Assembly (NCBI GenBank): GCA_041665365.1
Contig: JBAYIY010000004.1
Span: 8,610 to 72,609, forward strand
Length of the DNA stretch: 64,000 nucleotides
Direction of reading: 5' to 3'
Source of the DNA: Patescibacteria group bacterium
Lineage (GTDB): Bacteria > Patescibacteriota > Patescibacteriia > UBA9570
The notes under the pieces were generated by a model. That model did not search any database. It had not been told where the DNA came from and saw only the letters and a list, made by a program, of their open reading frames with translations. Of the stretch, positions 10,581 to 19,924 are shown piece by piece. Every line of letters begins with the position of its first letter. Within the stretch, counting starts at the first letter, position 1. The position numbers were made by a program, and so were the translations under genes.

Positions 10581-11735
10581 ATGGCTAATGGTAAATATGT
10601 AGAAGTTAAACCTGATGTAGAAACATTCGCAAAGATTCTTGTGGTGGGCGTTGGTGGCTCCGGTGGCTCTGCCGTTTCCCGCATGATTGACAGTGGTTTA
10701 AAAGGGGTTGAATTTGTCGCTATTAACACCGATGCCCAGGCTTTACACCATAATCCAGCTAAGAACAAAATCCATATTGGTAAGAGTACAACTCGCGGTT
10801 TAGGTGCCGGTATGGATCCTGCCATTGGAGCGAAAGCCGCTGAAGAAACTAATGAAGAATTAACCGCCATGCTCAAGGGAGCGGATATGGTGTTTGTGAC
10901 CTGTGGTTTAGGTGGTGGTACTGGGTCTGGGGCTGGTCCTATTATTGCTCGTTTAGCGCGTGATGCCGGTGCGTTAACAGTAGCCGTTGTAACCAAACCA
11001 TTTCAATTTGAAGGAGCGCAACGTAACCAAATTGCCGATGCCGCTTATAATGAAATGGCCGATGCGGTGGATACAATTATCACCATTCCAAATGATCGCT
11101 TGTTACAAATTATTGATAAGAAAACATCTTTACTTGATGCCTTTAAAACTGTCGACAATGTTTTATTTCAAGGTGTGCAAGGAATCTCTGATTTGATTAC
11201 TGTACCAGGTTTAATTAACGTTGACTTTGCTGATGTAAAATCGGTTATGGCCAACGCCGGTTCGGCCTTGATGGGGATCGGTAAAGCCACGGGTGAGAAT
11301 CGAGCTGTAGAGGCAGCTAAATCAGCCGTTGATAGTCCATTATTAGAATTGAGTATTGATGGAGCTAAGGGTATCTTGTTTACCATCACTGGTGGACCAA
11401 ATTTGAGTATGTACGAAGTCAATGAAGCCGCTCGGGTGATTACTGAATCGGCTGATCCATCCGCCAAGATTATTTTTGGATCCAATGTTGATGAATCTTT
11501 AGGTGATGAAGTTAAAGTAACGGTCGTAGCGACTGGTTTTGGTCAACCAGCCAAAGCCGCCAAAAAAATTCAAGCTGTGCGCCAAACGCCATTTAGCAAA
11601 CGCGAAGATAAAGATATGCCCGTTGCAACCAGTAATACTTTCCGCAACAAAAATATCATGGACGAAGCTCCCGTAGATAATTCCTCCGATGAAGATTTAG
11701 AGGTACCGGCCTTCATTCGGAAGAAGATGATGTAA
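10581..11735 (+). CDS. ftsZ: Cell division protein FtsZ
   Basis: GGGTGSG tubulin signature, INVDFADV, C-terminal LEVPAFIRK. Confidence 0.99.
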   Translation: MANGKYVEVKPDVETFAKILVVGVGGSGGSAVSRMIDSGLKGVEFVAINTDAQALHHNPAKNKIHIGKSTTRGLGAGMDPAIGAKAAEETNEELTAMLKGADMVFVTCGLGGGTGSGAGPIIARLARDAGALTVAVVTKPFQFEGAQRNQIADAAYNEMADAVDTIITIPNDRLLQIIDKKTSLLDAFKTVDNVLFQGVQGISDLITVPGLINVDFADVKSVMANAGSALMGIGKATGENRAVEAAKSAVDSPLLELSIDGAKGILFTITGGPNLSMYEVNEAARVITESADPSAKIIFGSNVDESLGDEVKVTVVATGFGQPAKAAKKIQAVRQTPFSKREDKDMPVATSNTFRNKNIMDEAPVDNSSDEDLEVPAFIRKKMM

Positions 11736-11748
11736 GGAACAACAATTA

Positions 11749-11798
11749 ACATAAAACTGGTAGAGACATGCCATGGCATGTCTCTACCAGTTTTATGT
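11749..11798. repeat. GTAG-type REP-like palindrome, copy 1 (perfect 50 bp), downstream of ftsZ
   Basis: acataaaactg-GTAGAGAC-ATGCCATGGCAT-GTCTCTAC-cagttttatgt. Confidence 0.9.
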
Positions 11799-11860
11799 GT
11801 GTCAATATGTTTTTTATTATGGTTTATTTATGGCAGATGATCTATACTAACTGACGAACT

Positions 11861-12334
11861 ATGATCTGCCCAGCCTGTTTATTTACGGATACAAAAGTGG
11901 TCGATTCGCGTGACATGGATGATGGCATGGCGATTCGACGGCGACGGGAGTGTCCGAAATGTGAGTTTCGTTTTTCCACCAAAGAACAAGTCGAAATTCT
12001 TAACTTGACGGTAAAAAAGCGGGCTGGTCGAATGGAACCGTATTCTACAGAAAAAATTACCCGTGGTTTACACATTGCCTTAGAAAAACGTCTTAAAGAT
12101 GACGAACGGTTTAAGAAACTTGTAGCGGGGATTGAGCGGGATATTCAAATTGCCGCCACTAGCGAAGATGTGATTGAATCAAAGGCGATTGGGGATATCG
12201 TGATGCGTCATTTGAAAAAAATTGATAAAATAGCCTATATCCGATTTGCTTCAGTGTATCAAGATTTTGAAGATTTATTATCCTTTCAGGAAGAAGTTGA
12301 GCGCCTAATGAACAAACATAAGAAAAAAACTTAA
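11861..12334 (+). CDS. nrdR: Transcriptional repressor NrdR
   Basis: CPAC...VVDSR...IRRRRECPKC zinc ribbon, ATP cone, AYIRFASVY. Confidence 0.97.
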   Translation: MICPACLFTDTKVVDSRDMDDGMAIRRRRECPKCEFRFSTKEQVEILNLTVKKRAGRMEPYSTEKITRGLHIALEKRLKDDERFKKLVAGIERDIQIAATSEDVIESKAIGDIVMRHLKKIDKIAYIRFASVYQDFEDLLSFQEEVERLMNKHKKKT

Positions 12335-12342
12335 AAACCACT

Positions 12343-12915
12343 ATGCATATTCATCCTAAGCCAACCAAGTCACATCAGCCAAAGAAAAAATTAGGTTATC
12401 TTCATCTCTATACCGGCGCGGGTAAAGGTAAAACCTCAGCGGCTTTGGGTGTTTTGTTACGCGCGGCTGGGCAAGGCCATCGTGTCTTGATGATTCAATT
12501 TTTAAAGGGGCACAAAGATGCCGGTGAGTTTCTAGCCTTTCAGAAATTAGGGTCTAATATCGAAATTGTTCAATTTGGTCGAGCTGATTTATTGTCACTC
12601 GATGCACTTCAAGCCGCTGATGCTTATTTTACGAAACAAGGTTTAGATTATGCTCGCCAGGCGATGCGCAGTAAACAACGCCCGGATGTTCTAATCTTAG
12701 ATGAAATTACCTCAGCGGTGCACTATGGTCTATTGCCAATTGAAGAACTGGTTGATTTTCTTGATAATCGTCACCGTGAAACTGAAGTAGTTCTAACCGG
12801 CGCTGAAGCGCACCCGGCGCTCTTTAATCTGGCCGATTTAGTGACCGTGATGCAACCGGCTAAGCATTATTTCAATTACGTCAACTTTGCCCCTAGGCTT
12901 GGTATTGAACATTAG
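12343..12915 (+). CDS. cobO: Cob(I)alamin adenosyltransferase (CobO/BtuR family)
   Basis: YTGAGKGKTSAALG, IQFLKG, ILDEI, VVLTG motifs. Confidence 0.9.
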   Translation: MHIHPKPTKSHQPKKKLGYLHLYTGAGKGKTSAALGVLLRAAGQGHRVLMIQFLKGHKDAGEFLAFQKLGSNIEIVQFGRADLLSLDALQAADAYFTKQGLDYARQAMRSKQRPDVLILDEITSAVHYGLLPIEELVDFLDNRHRETEVVLTGAEAHPALFNLADLVTVMQPAKHYFNYVNFAPRLGIEH

Positions 12916-12927
12916 AGCGCTACTAGG

Positions 12928-12936
12928 TTATCCACA
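12928..12936 (+). promoter_or_regulatory. DnaA box upstream of ribonucleotide reductase
   Basis: Perfect TTATCCACA next to the NrdR boxes. Confidence 0.55.
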
Positions 12937-12942
12937 GTGACA

Positions 12943-12990
12943 ACACAATATATTGTGGTATACTTTGTTTCTAACCACTATATATAGATA
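12943..12990 (+). promoter_or_regulatory. Tandem NrdR boxes
   Basis: ACACAATATATTGTGG (12943-12958) and CCACTATATATAGATA (12975-12990), 32 bp apart, matching acaCwAtATaTwGtg; nrdR is two genes upstream of nrdJ. Confidence 0.85.
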
Positions 12991-13005
12991 AATCAACATA
13001 ATCTT

Positions 13006-15300
13006 ATGTACAATCTGCAGGGCTTAGCCAAAGACGTCTTTTTCGATCGCTATACTTTAAAGGACGACCAAGGCAAGCGCATCGAAGACACTCCCGAACA
13101 AATGTGGCAGCGGGTAGCTAAAGCCATTGCGACTGTTGAAAAAACTGATAGCAAAAAACAAGAGTGGGAAGAAAAATTCTATAGTATATTAAATGGTTTC
13201 GATTTTGTTCCAGGTGGCCGAATATTATCCGGCGCGGGCTCTGGCGTACCTTTAACGTTATATAACTGCTTTGTTATCCCATCACCCGATGATAGTCGAG
13301 GTGGCATTTTGGATAGTGTTAAACTGATGGTGGAAATTATGAGCCGAGGCGGTGGTGTGGGAGTGAATCTTTCCAGTGTGCGTCCGCGCGGGGCTTATGT
13401 GAAAGGGGTCAATGGCACCGCTTCCGGGGCGGTCTCGTTTGGGGCATTGTATTCCTTTGCCACCGGCTTGATTATTCAAGGTGGGTCAAGACGAGGCGCA
13501 TTAATGCTCATGTTGGATATTGATCATCCTGATGTAATGGAATTCATCACGGTTAAACGTACCATGGGTCAAATTACTAACGCCAATTTGTCGGTGTGTG
13601 TGTCGGATAGTTTCATGCAAGCAGTCAAAGCCAATGCCGATTGGAATCTACAATGGCGCGGTAAAGTTTACAAAACAGTCAAAGCTAGAGATTTATGGAA
13701 TCTTGTCTGTGAATCCGCTTGGGCATCTGGTGAGCCAGGTTTAATGTTCAAAGAACGTTACAATAAAGAATCCAATGCTTGGTACTTTGAAGAAATTATC
13801 GCCACTAATCCATGTGGTGAGCAAGGTTTACCGGCTTGGGGTGTATGTAATTTAGGATCAATCAACGTAGCTAACTGTGTGCGCGCCGATAATACTTTTG
13901 ATTATGATCGTTTGGGAAAGGTAGCCCGGATTGCTATTCGGTTCTTAGATAATGTAGTCGATACCACTGAGTATTTCTTCCCAGAAAATGAAGCGGCCCA
14001 ACGGCGCATTAGACGCACTGGTTTAGGCACTATGGGGTTAGCCGATGCTTTGATAAAAATGAACGTGCGTTATGGTAGCCCAGAATCACTAGAGATTGTT
14101 GAAAAGATGCATCAGACCATTCGCGATGAAGCCTATGCCGCTAGCAGTGAATTAGCGGTAGAAAAAGGTCCGTTTCCGGCTTTTGACAAGGATAAATTCA
14201 TGCAAGGAGTTTTCATTAAACGTTTACCTCAGGCTTTGCAAGATACCATCGCGCGGCAAGGTTTACGCAATGGTGTGTTATTAACTCAAGCTCCCACTGG
14301 CACCACCAGTATTCTGGCTGGCGTTAGTTCTGGTATTGAACCAGTCTATGATTTTGCTTTCCAACGCAAAGATCGTTTAGGTGTACATACGGTGTATCAC
14401 CCCTTATATAAAGCCTGGAAGGATGCACACCCTGATGTTAATGACATGCCTGATTATTTTGTTAGTGCCAAAGTGTTAACACCAGAAGAACACGTGCGCA
14501 TGCAAGCTTCGATTCAGCGCTATGTTGATTCTAGTATCAGTAAAACGGTTAATGCTCCACATACACACACGCAAGAACAAGTACAAGAGCTTTATATCAA
14601 GGCGTATGATTTAGGTTGTAAAGGAGTAACATATTTCCGAGATGGTTCACGCAGTGAAGCCGTGTTGACCAGTTTAACCGACACTAAAAAAGACTCAGCC
14701 GCTAAACCTGACAAAACCGAGACCAAAGATGCGATTATTTCACCTCGTTTGCGTCCAGAAAAAGTGGCTGGCATCACGTATAAGATTAAAACTGGTTACG
14801 GTACCATGTTTGTAACAGTTAATCATGATGAAGACGGTAAACCATTTGAAGTGTTCGCCACGATTGGTAAAGCCGGTGGAGTGTTTGCGGAAGAATCTGA
14901 GGCGATCTGTCGGTTGGTGTCGCTCGCCTTACGCGCTCGTATCCCATTGCCAACTGTGGTTGAGCAAATTAAAGGGATTCGTGGACCAATGCCGATCTTT
15001 GGTAAGAACGGTATGATTTTATCTATTCCCGATGCTATCGCGCAGGTGCTCAGCCAACACATGCAAGACCTTGAATTAAAACCAGCCCCGGCGCAACAAC
15101 AAGCTGAAGTTGAACAAATGGTGGAAGACACTATGACAACCACGGTGAAAAAAGCCGAAGGCAAATATAAACTAATTTCCGCCAGTTCGTCGGTAGCCAA
15201 CACCGGTTTCTCCCCAGAGTGTCCGGAATGTAGTAGTATCATGGCCATGGCCGAAGGCTGCCTAACTTGCTTTAACTGTGGGTATTCTAAGTGTAGTTAA
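13006..15300 (+). CDS. nrdJ: Class II (adenosylcobalamin-dependent) ribonucleotide reductase with C-terminal TSCPD/zinc-ribbon region
   Basis: NCF, TNPCGEQ, CNLGSIN, APTGT, GVTYFRDGSR; C-terminal CPEC...CLTCFNCGYSKC; no beta-subunit gene adjacent; cobO upstream. Confidence 0.95.
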   Translation: MYNLQGLAKDVFFDRYTLKDDQGKRIEDTPEQMWQRVAKAIATVEKTDSKKQEWEEKFYSILNGFDFVPGGRILSGAGSGVPLTLYNCFVIPSPDDSRGGILDSVKLMVEIMSRGGGVGVNLSSVRPRGAYVKGVNGTASGAVSFGALYSFATGLIIQGGSRRGALMLMLDIDHPDVMEFITVKRTMGQITNANLSVCVSDSFMQAVKANADWNLQWRGKVYKTVKARDLWNLVCESAWASGEPGLMFKERYNKESNAWYFEEIIATNPCGEQGLPAWGVCNLGSINVANCVRADNTFDYDRLGKVARIAIRFLDNVVDTTEYFFPENEAAQRRIRRTGLGTMGLADALIKMNVRYGSPESLEIVEKMHQTIRDEAYAASSELAVEKGPFPAFDKDKFMQGVFIKRLPQALQDTIARQGLRNGVLLTQAPTGTTSILAGVSSGIEPVYDFAFQRKDRLGVHTVYHPLYKAWKDAHPDVNDMPDYFVSAKVLTPEEHVRMQASIQRYVDSSISKTVNAPHTHTQEQVQELYIKAYDLGCKGVTYFRDGSRSEAVLTSLTDTKKDSAAKPDKTETKDAIISPRLRPEKVAGITYKIKTGYGTMFVTVNHDEDGKPFEVFATIGKAGGVFAEESEAICRLVSLALRARIPLPTVVEQIKGIRGPMPIFGKNGMILSIPDAIAQVLSQHMQDLELKPAPAQQQAEVEQMVEDTMTTTVKKAEGKYKLISASSSVANTGFSPECPECSSIMAMAEGCLTCFNCGYSKCS

Positions 15301-15307
15301 CCAACAA

Positions 15308-15394
15308 CACACCTCCCCAACCCTCCTATCGTAGGAGGGGGTAAGAAAAATTATCTTGCTCCCTTCCTAGAATAGGAAGGGCGGGGGGATGGTG
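15308..15394. repeat. Double-hairpin C/G-rich intergenic repeat, family 2 copy A
   Basis: CCTCCCCAACCCTCC-loop-GGAGGGGGTAAGAAA...GCTCCCTTCC-loop-GGAAGGGCGGGGGGATGGT; same architecture as 22400-22514. Confidence 0.75.
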
Positions 15395-15408
15395 CAGTAC
15401 GATTCAAA

Positions 15409-15999
15409 ATGAAACATTTTACAAAAAAGAATTTAATAATCGCAATAAGTTTAATTGTCTTGGGTGGATTAGGTAGATTGTTATTACTTGAGTATCCAAA
15501 TGTTGAAACTTTAACTAGTGTATCGATTATAGCGGGGGCGTTACTGGGGCCGTATCTGGGATTACTAGTTAGTTTGTGTAGTGTCGTTGGTACGGATATG
15601 GTAATAGGTAATACCAATATTATGCTCTACACCTGGAGTGCCTGGGCGATAATTGGTTTAGCTAGTTCTTTGTTAAAAAGACGACAGCGTAAAACTATTC
15701 AAGTTTGGCAGGATAGTTTAAAGTTCACCGGGTTTGGTATGATAACAACACTATTCTTTTATTTGTGGACGAATTTTGGTGTCTGGCAGCTTAGTGGTAT
15801 GTACGCCCACACGTCGGCCGGTTTAATGCTATCATATATTAATGGGTTGCCGTTTTTACGCAATCAACTATTAGGGAATTTATTTCTAGTACCAGTGTTA
15901 TCGGTTATTTCCTTAACCGTCGTTAAATATCTAGTTTACTCTCATGCCTACAATCACCAAAGAATCTCTCATCGGCGAAGTATTGTTAGAGCATCCTGA
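15409..15999 (+). CDS. ECF transporter S-component-like membrane protein (DUF6580/CbrT-like), probable cobalamin uptake
   Basis: RLL..PNVE motif, FYLWTNFGVW...Y...GL..SY..GLPF..N; located directly after nrdJ/cobO. Confidence 0.7.
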   Translation: MKHFTKKNLIIAISLIVLGGLGRLLLLEYPNVETLTSVSIIAGALLGPYLGLLVSLCSVVGTDMVIGNTNIMLYTWSAWAIIGLASSLLKRRQRKTIQVWQDSLKFTGFGMITTLFFYLWTNFGVWQLSGMYAHTSAGLMLSYINGLPFLRNQLLGNLFLVPVLSVISLTVVKYLVYSHAYNHQRISHRRSIVRAS

Positions 16000-16162
16000 A
16001 GCCCAGGAGATTATGCTCAAGTATTTTGGCGAGCAGGTGGCCTGTGTGTTTTGTCCTGGGCAAGCTTTTGATACTTTTGCCATGATCGCTGAGCTGCATG
16101 GCGTGGAGGATAGTGTGGTTGAAGAAATGCTGGCGGAGATAAATCAAAGCATTGGCAAATAA
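15944..16162 (+). CDS. DUF1858-like small protein
   Basis: ITKESLIGEVLLEHPEA...CVFCP...AELHG pattern. Confidence 0.7.
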   Translation: MPTITKESLIGEVLLEHPEAQEIMLKYFGEQVACVFCPGQAFDTFAMIAELHGVEDSVVEEMLAEINQSIGK

Positions 16163-17460
16163 GTTTCGATTTCGTAGTGGTGCACTTGACGGCGGTAATT
16201 ATTCCATTCCATTTCTTTATTCATGATTAGTTTAGCGTGCACATCCTCACCTAAAGTGTCTTTCAGTAAAACACTGTTTTTGGCTAAATTAATCGCTTCT
16301 TTTAAGCTACCGGGCAGAGCGGTGATATTGGCTTTAGCCATCGCTTCATCAGACATTTCGAAAATATCATTTTCCGTGGCTGGGCTTAATTGATAATTTT
16401 CCATAATACCTTTTAGACCGGCGCGTAACATTACGGCAAAAGTTAAGTAAGGGTTAGCGGCTGGGTCTGGGCAACGTAATTCAATGCGGGTAGCATTAGC
16501 TTCACCACGGGTTAGAGGGATACGCACCAACGTAGAGCGGTTACGGCGACCCCAGGCTAGGTAAGCGGGTGCTTCGTAACCTGGCACGAGTCTTTTATAT
16601 GAGTTTACATACTGATTAGTTACTAAGACTATTTCCGGCATGTGTTTTAAAATTCCAGCCACATAGGATTTAGCTAAACTGGATAAACCATATTCATCGC
16701 GACTATCATGAAACATATTTTCCCCATTTTTCCATAAACTTTGGTGCACATGCATGCCGCTGCCATTTTGGCCAAAAATCGGTTTGGGCATGAATGTAGC
16801 ATAGGCGCCATGTTCACGAGCAATTTCTTTCACCACATATTTATATGTCATGACAATATCTCCCATCGATAGAGAATCACTGTATTTCATGTTGATCTCC
16901 TGTTGTGATGGAGCCACTTCATGATGGCCACGTTCAACGCTATAACCGAGTCGTTCTAGAGCCTCCACCGTGCGTTCACGCAAAATGGTACCTTGTTCCA
17001 GAGTAATCTGATCAAAATAACCGGCTTTGTCTAAACCAACTGTGGCGGTATTATCTTTAAAATAAAAGTATTCTAGTTCAGGTCCAACAAAATAATCATA
17101 ACCCTGTTGTTTAGCAAAAGCGACGTTGCGGGCTAAAACATTACGTGGGTCTGAGCCATACGGTAAACCATGAGCATCATATACCGAGCACATGAAGCGA
17201 GCGATTTTATGGACATCCGCCTCAATTGGTAAAATGGCGAACGAATCTAAAATTGGTTTGAGCACTAAATCGCTTTCTTCGATGCGGGAGAAACCATCAA
17301 TCGATGAACCATCAAAAAAGGTGCCCTCTTCTAAATAGCGCTCGAGTCTTTCTACCGGAAAAGTAATTCCCTTTAGTTGGCCGAGTACATCGGTAAACCA
17401 AAATCCTACCATGGTCACGTGTTCGGCTTTCACTTTGGCTAATATTTCCGCTGTCGTCAT
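16144..17460 (-). CDS. glnA: Glutamine synthetase type I
   Basis: FDGSSIDGF, GPELEY, HHEVAPSQQE, ATFMPKP, GSGMHVHQS, RIELRCPDPAANPYL. Confidence 0.97.
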   Translation of the reverse strand: MTTAEILAKVKAEHVTMVGFWFTDVLGQLKGITFPVERLERYLEEGTFFDGSSIDGFSRIEESDLVLKPILDSFAILPIEADVHKIARFMCSVYDAHGLPYGSDPRNVLARNVAFAKQQGYDYFVGPELEYFYFKDNTATVGLDKAGYFDQITLEQGTILRERTVEALERLGYSVERGHHEVAPSQQEINMKYSDSLSMGDIVMTYKYVVKEIAREHGAYATFMPKPIFGQNGSGMHVHQSLWKNGENMFHDSRDEYGLSSLAKSYVAGILKHMPEIVLVTNQYVNSYKRLVPGYEAPAYLAWGRRNRSTLVRIPLTRGEANATRIELRCPDPAANPYLTFAVMLRAGLKGIMENYQLSPATENDIFEMSDEAMAKANITALPGSLKEAINLAKNSVLLKDTLGEDVHAKLIMNKEMEWNNYRRQVHHYEIETYLPML

Positions 17461-17486
17461 AAGATATTAAATTATTACTAATAAAG

Positions 17487-17567
17487 AAAAAATCTTCGCC
17501 CCCTTATATACATTGTATACAAGTGAGGTGAAGACAGCATTGTCTTAATTGGTGTACGACATTGTAC
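17487..17567 (-). promoter_or_regulatory. ANTAR-binding dual-hairpin antiterminator plus intrinsic terminator in the glnA leader
   Basis: Minus strand: GUAC-AAUGUC-GUAC (17554-17567) and AAGAC-AAUGCU-GUCUU (17531-17546) hexaloops with A1/G4; second hairpin overlaps terminator stem UCUUCACCUC/GGGGCGAAGA followed by U6. Confidence 0.85.
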
Positions 17568-17573
17568 TAGCAA

Positions 17574-17601
17574 AGTATAGCGTCTTGGAAAAAACTGTCA
17601 A
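17574..17601 (-). promoter_or_regulatory. Sigma70-type promoter for glnA
   Basis: TTGACA-16 bp-TATACT on the minus strand, directly before the first ANTAR hairpin. Confidence 0.7.
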
Positions 17602-18620
17602 CTGCGGAGTTTTTGTTCTATCGCAGCTGGTGCCAAGGCTTTGAGCAAAAGAGTCCGATCATGTATATAAGACAGACCAATGCCGGCAAATATTCGGTAT
17701 GGTTCAAAATTAATACGATCTGCCGGTGTAGTTTCTAAATAATGTTTTGTAGTTATCAAGGCCTCGTAGGCGGCTTGCTGCACGGCTGGGTCGTCTATCA
17801 AAGATTGCGGGCAATTACAAAACAAAAGTGTATAAGCTAAATCCAATTGGCGAAAAATATCATAGCGGGTAAAGCGTCTTTGTAAGACTTCATGATTTTG
17901 GCGATCATTTAACTTTTTTCTCAGTCTATCACGATCAATAATCTCAACTTCTATAAATGTACCATGACTAGCCTGACCAGGAATAAAATTAAATTGGGGT
18001 CGCACTGGAGCGATACCATGTTCCAGCATTTGTACTACAACACTATCAGGATTGATCTCGCGCGCTAACTTTAATGCCCGATCAATGGTGGCTGCTGGTG
18101 ATTGATCGGTGGCTCTGGCACTAGTTTCTCTTACCGTGTCACGCAAATCACTCCCAAAATGTTTTACTACGGCTCGATCAGCTTTTTGAGTGGCTCGTTT
18201 TTTTTGCTCAATTGTTTGAGTTTGATCCAATAATGTTTCATAGGCTTTATCAATTATGGCATCATACTCAGCTTGTTGTGTAGGATCACCGCTCACTCGT
18301 TTCATCACAGTAACGGGGTAGCCAGCACCATCAGCGGCACTATCCAAACGGGGATCGGCGGCACCAGTAACACCGATAGTGTGTTCCGGAAAAAGTTCGT
18401 AGATTAAAGACATTTCATAATATTTGGTTTTATGATGAAAGGGTGATATGGGAATTTTTTTACCGGTGGTTCGTTCAATTTGTCCATGCCAATGAGTTTG
18501 ATACCATTCTTTTAAAACCTGGGGATCGTCTGGTGTTCCAAAAAAATAGACACGTCCTTCCTCACCAGTTTTATCGGGTAAATGTTTTTTAAGTTCAAGT
18601 AATCCTTCACGATTAAGCAT
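17598..18620 (-). CDS. Hypothetical protein with a possible kinase-like N-lobe
   Basis: 340-aa ORF; GEEGRVY...QVLKEW resembles a Gly-loop/VAIK start, but no clear catalytic loop. Confidence 0.6.
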   Translation of the reverse strand: MLNREGLLELKKHLPDKTGEEGRVYFFGTPDDPQVLKEWYQTHWHGQIERTTGKKIPISPFHHKTKYYEMSLIYELFPEHTIGVTGAADPRLDSAADGAGYPVTVMKRVSGDPTQQAEYDAIIDKAYETLLDQTQTIEQKKRATQKADRAVVKHFGSDLRDTVRETSARATDQSPAATIDRALKLAREINPDSVVVQMLEHGIAPVRPQFNFIPGQASHGTFIEVEIIDRDRLRKKLNDRQNHEVLQRRFTRYDIFRQLDLAYTLLFCNCPQSLIDDPAVQQAAYEALITTKHYLETTPADRINFEPYRIFAGIGLSYIHDRTLLLKALAPAAIEQKLRS

Positions 18621-18623
18621 AGT

Positions 18624-19301
18624 TTACAGCGATAAAGCAATAATAATCGCTTCGGCGATTTCTTTCATAGTCTTTTTTGTATCCATCGATTTTTTTTGAA
18701 TCAAACCATAAGCTTGCTCTTCGGTGAGTTGTTGTTTCTTCATTAAAATACCCTTAGCTTTTTCCACCACTTTACGCGTTTCTAGCGCCGCTTTGAGAGT
18801 TTGCGTTTCAGAAATCAGTTTAGCGTTATAAATGGCTCCACCAACTTGAGTGGCAATTAACCGTAATAATCTTAACTCGGTTTCTGGATGTTGTTTTTTG
18901 CGGCGGTGTTGCACATTAATTACTCCCACAATTTCATCCTGATAAATAATTGGTACTGATACAAAGGCTTCCCAGCGATCCTCATCTAAATAGGGTACTA
19001 CTTTAAAACGTTTATCGGCATAAGATTGCTCCGTAAGAGCTACTAACTGGCGATGTTCAGCTACCCAACCGGTGATACCTTCACCAAATTTCATGGCCAC
19101 TTGGTTAATCATTTTTGGGTGTGGTATCTTGGACGCTTTCAAAATTAAGTGATCATCCTGCACTAGATAGATCAAACAAGAGTCGGCTTTCATGGTATCT
19201 GAGACTAATTCAACCACTTCCTTCAATACTTCATCCAAATCAAGCTTATAGCTAATTGTATCCATGATGCGCTCTAATAAGGCTAATTGTCGTTTTAACA
19301 T
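18624..19301 (-). CDS. GAF-ANTAR RNA-binding antitermination regulator
   Basis: GAF (GEGITGWVAE...SVPII...VGVINVQ) plus ANTAR (LETRKVVEKAKGILMKK..LTEEQAY..IQKKSMD). Confidence 0.92.
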   Translation of the reverse strand: MLKRQLALLERIMDTISYKLDLDEVLKEVVELVSDTMKADSCLIYLVQDDHLILKASKIPHPKMINQVAMKFGEGITGWVAEHRQLVALTEQSYADKRFKVVPYLDEDRWEAFVSVPIIYQDEIVGVINVQHRRKKQHPETELRLLRLIATQVGGAIYNAKLISETQTLKAALETRKVVEKAKGILMKKQQLTEEQAYGLIQKKSMDTKKTMKEIAEAIIIALSL

Positions 19302-19318
19302 GGCAGTATCGTATAGTA

Positions 19319-19924
19319 TTAGAAGTGAGCGTGCAATAGGCTAGTATTATCAGTCATTTTACCCTGATCGAGTATAATTAAGTGCTGGCTCATGAACTGT
19401 GCCTCTTTAATATCGTGAGTAACGTATATGACAGTAATGTTTTTTTGCGTTATTAGTTGTTTAAACCAGCGCGCCAGCTCTACCCGAGTAATAGCATCAA
19501 GCGCGGCGAAAGGTTCGTCACACAATAATACCGTTGGTTCATAAACTAAACTTCTGGCTAACATTACACGCCTAATTTCACCACCACTAATTTCATGGGG
19601 GTAACGGGTAGTTAATTGTGCGACACCACAATCATTCATAATCTCAGTACTTGATTTTTTTAGGTGTCGAACATGTAAGGGATAATTTATATTTTCTTCG
19701 ACAGTAAGATGTGGAAAGAGGGTATTGTGTTGTTCAATATATCCAAGTCGTTTTGGATGGAAACCTGTTATATTACCAGTATAATCTTGTAAGCCGGCGA
19801 TACAGCGTAATAATGTAGTTTTACCCGAACCGGATTTTCCCAGCACAGTTAAAATATCACCAGTGGGTACAGTAATGTGAATATCTCTAAGGATTAACGC
19901 CTGAGTAATCTGGAGGTTGAGCAT
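19319..19924 (-). CDS. thiQ: Thiamine ABC transporter ATP-binding subunit
   Basis: GKSGSGKT, ISGGE, LLCDEP, VTHD; operon with thiB/thiP; start set at MLNLQ. Confidence 0.8.
   Translation of the reverse strand: MLNLQITQALILRDIHITVPTGDILTVLGKSGSGKTTLLRCIAGLQDYTGNITGFHPKRLGYIEQHNTLFPHLTVEENINYPLHVRHLKKSSTEIMNDCGVAQLTTRYPHEISGGEIRRVMLARSLVYEPTVLLCDEPFAALDAITRVELARWFKQLITQKNITVIYVTHDIKEAQFMSQHLIILDQGKMTDNTSLLHAHF

Noticed and set aside
15301-15408. Cobalamin riboswitch ahead of the ECF S-component
   Set aside because: No B12-box consensus; the spacer is occupied by the family-2 repeat.
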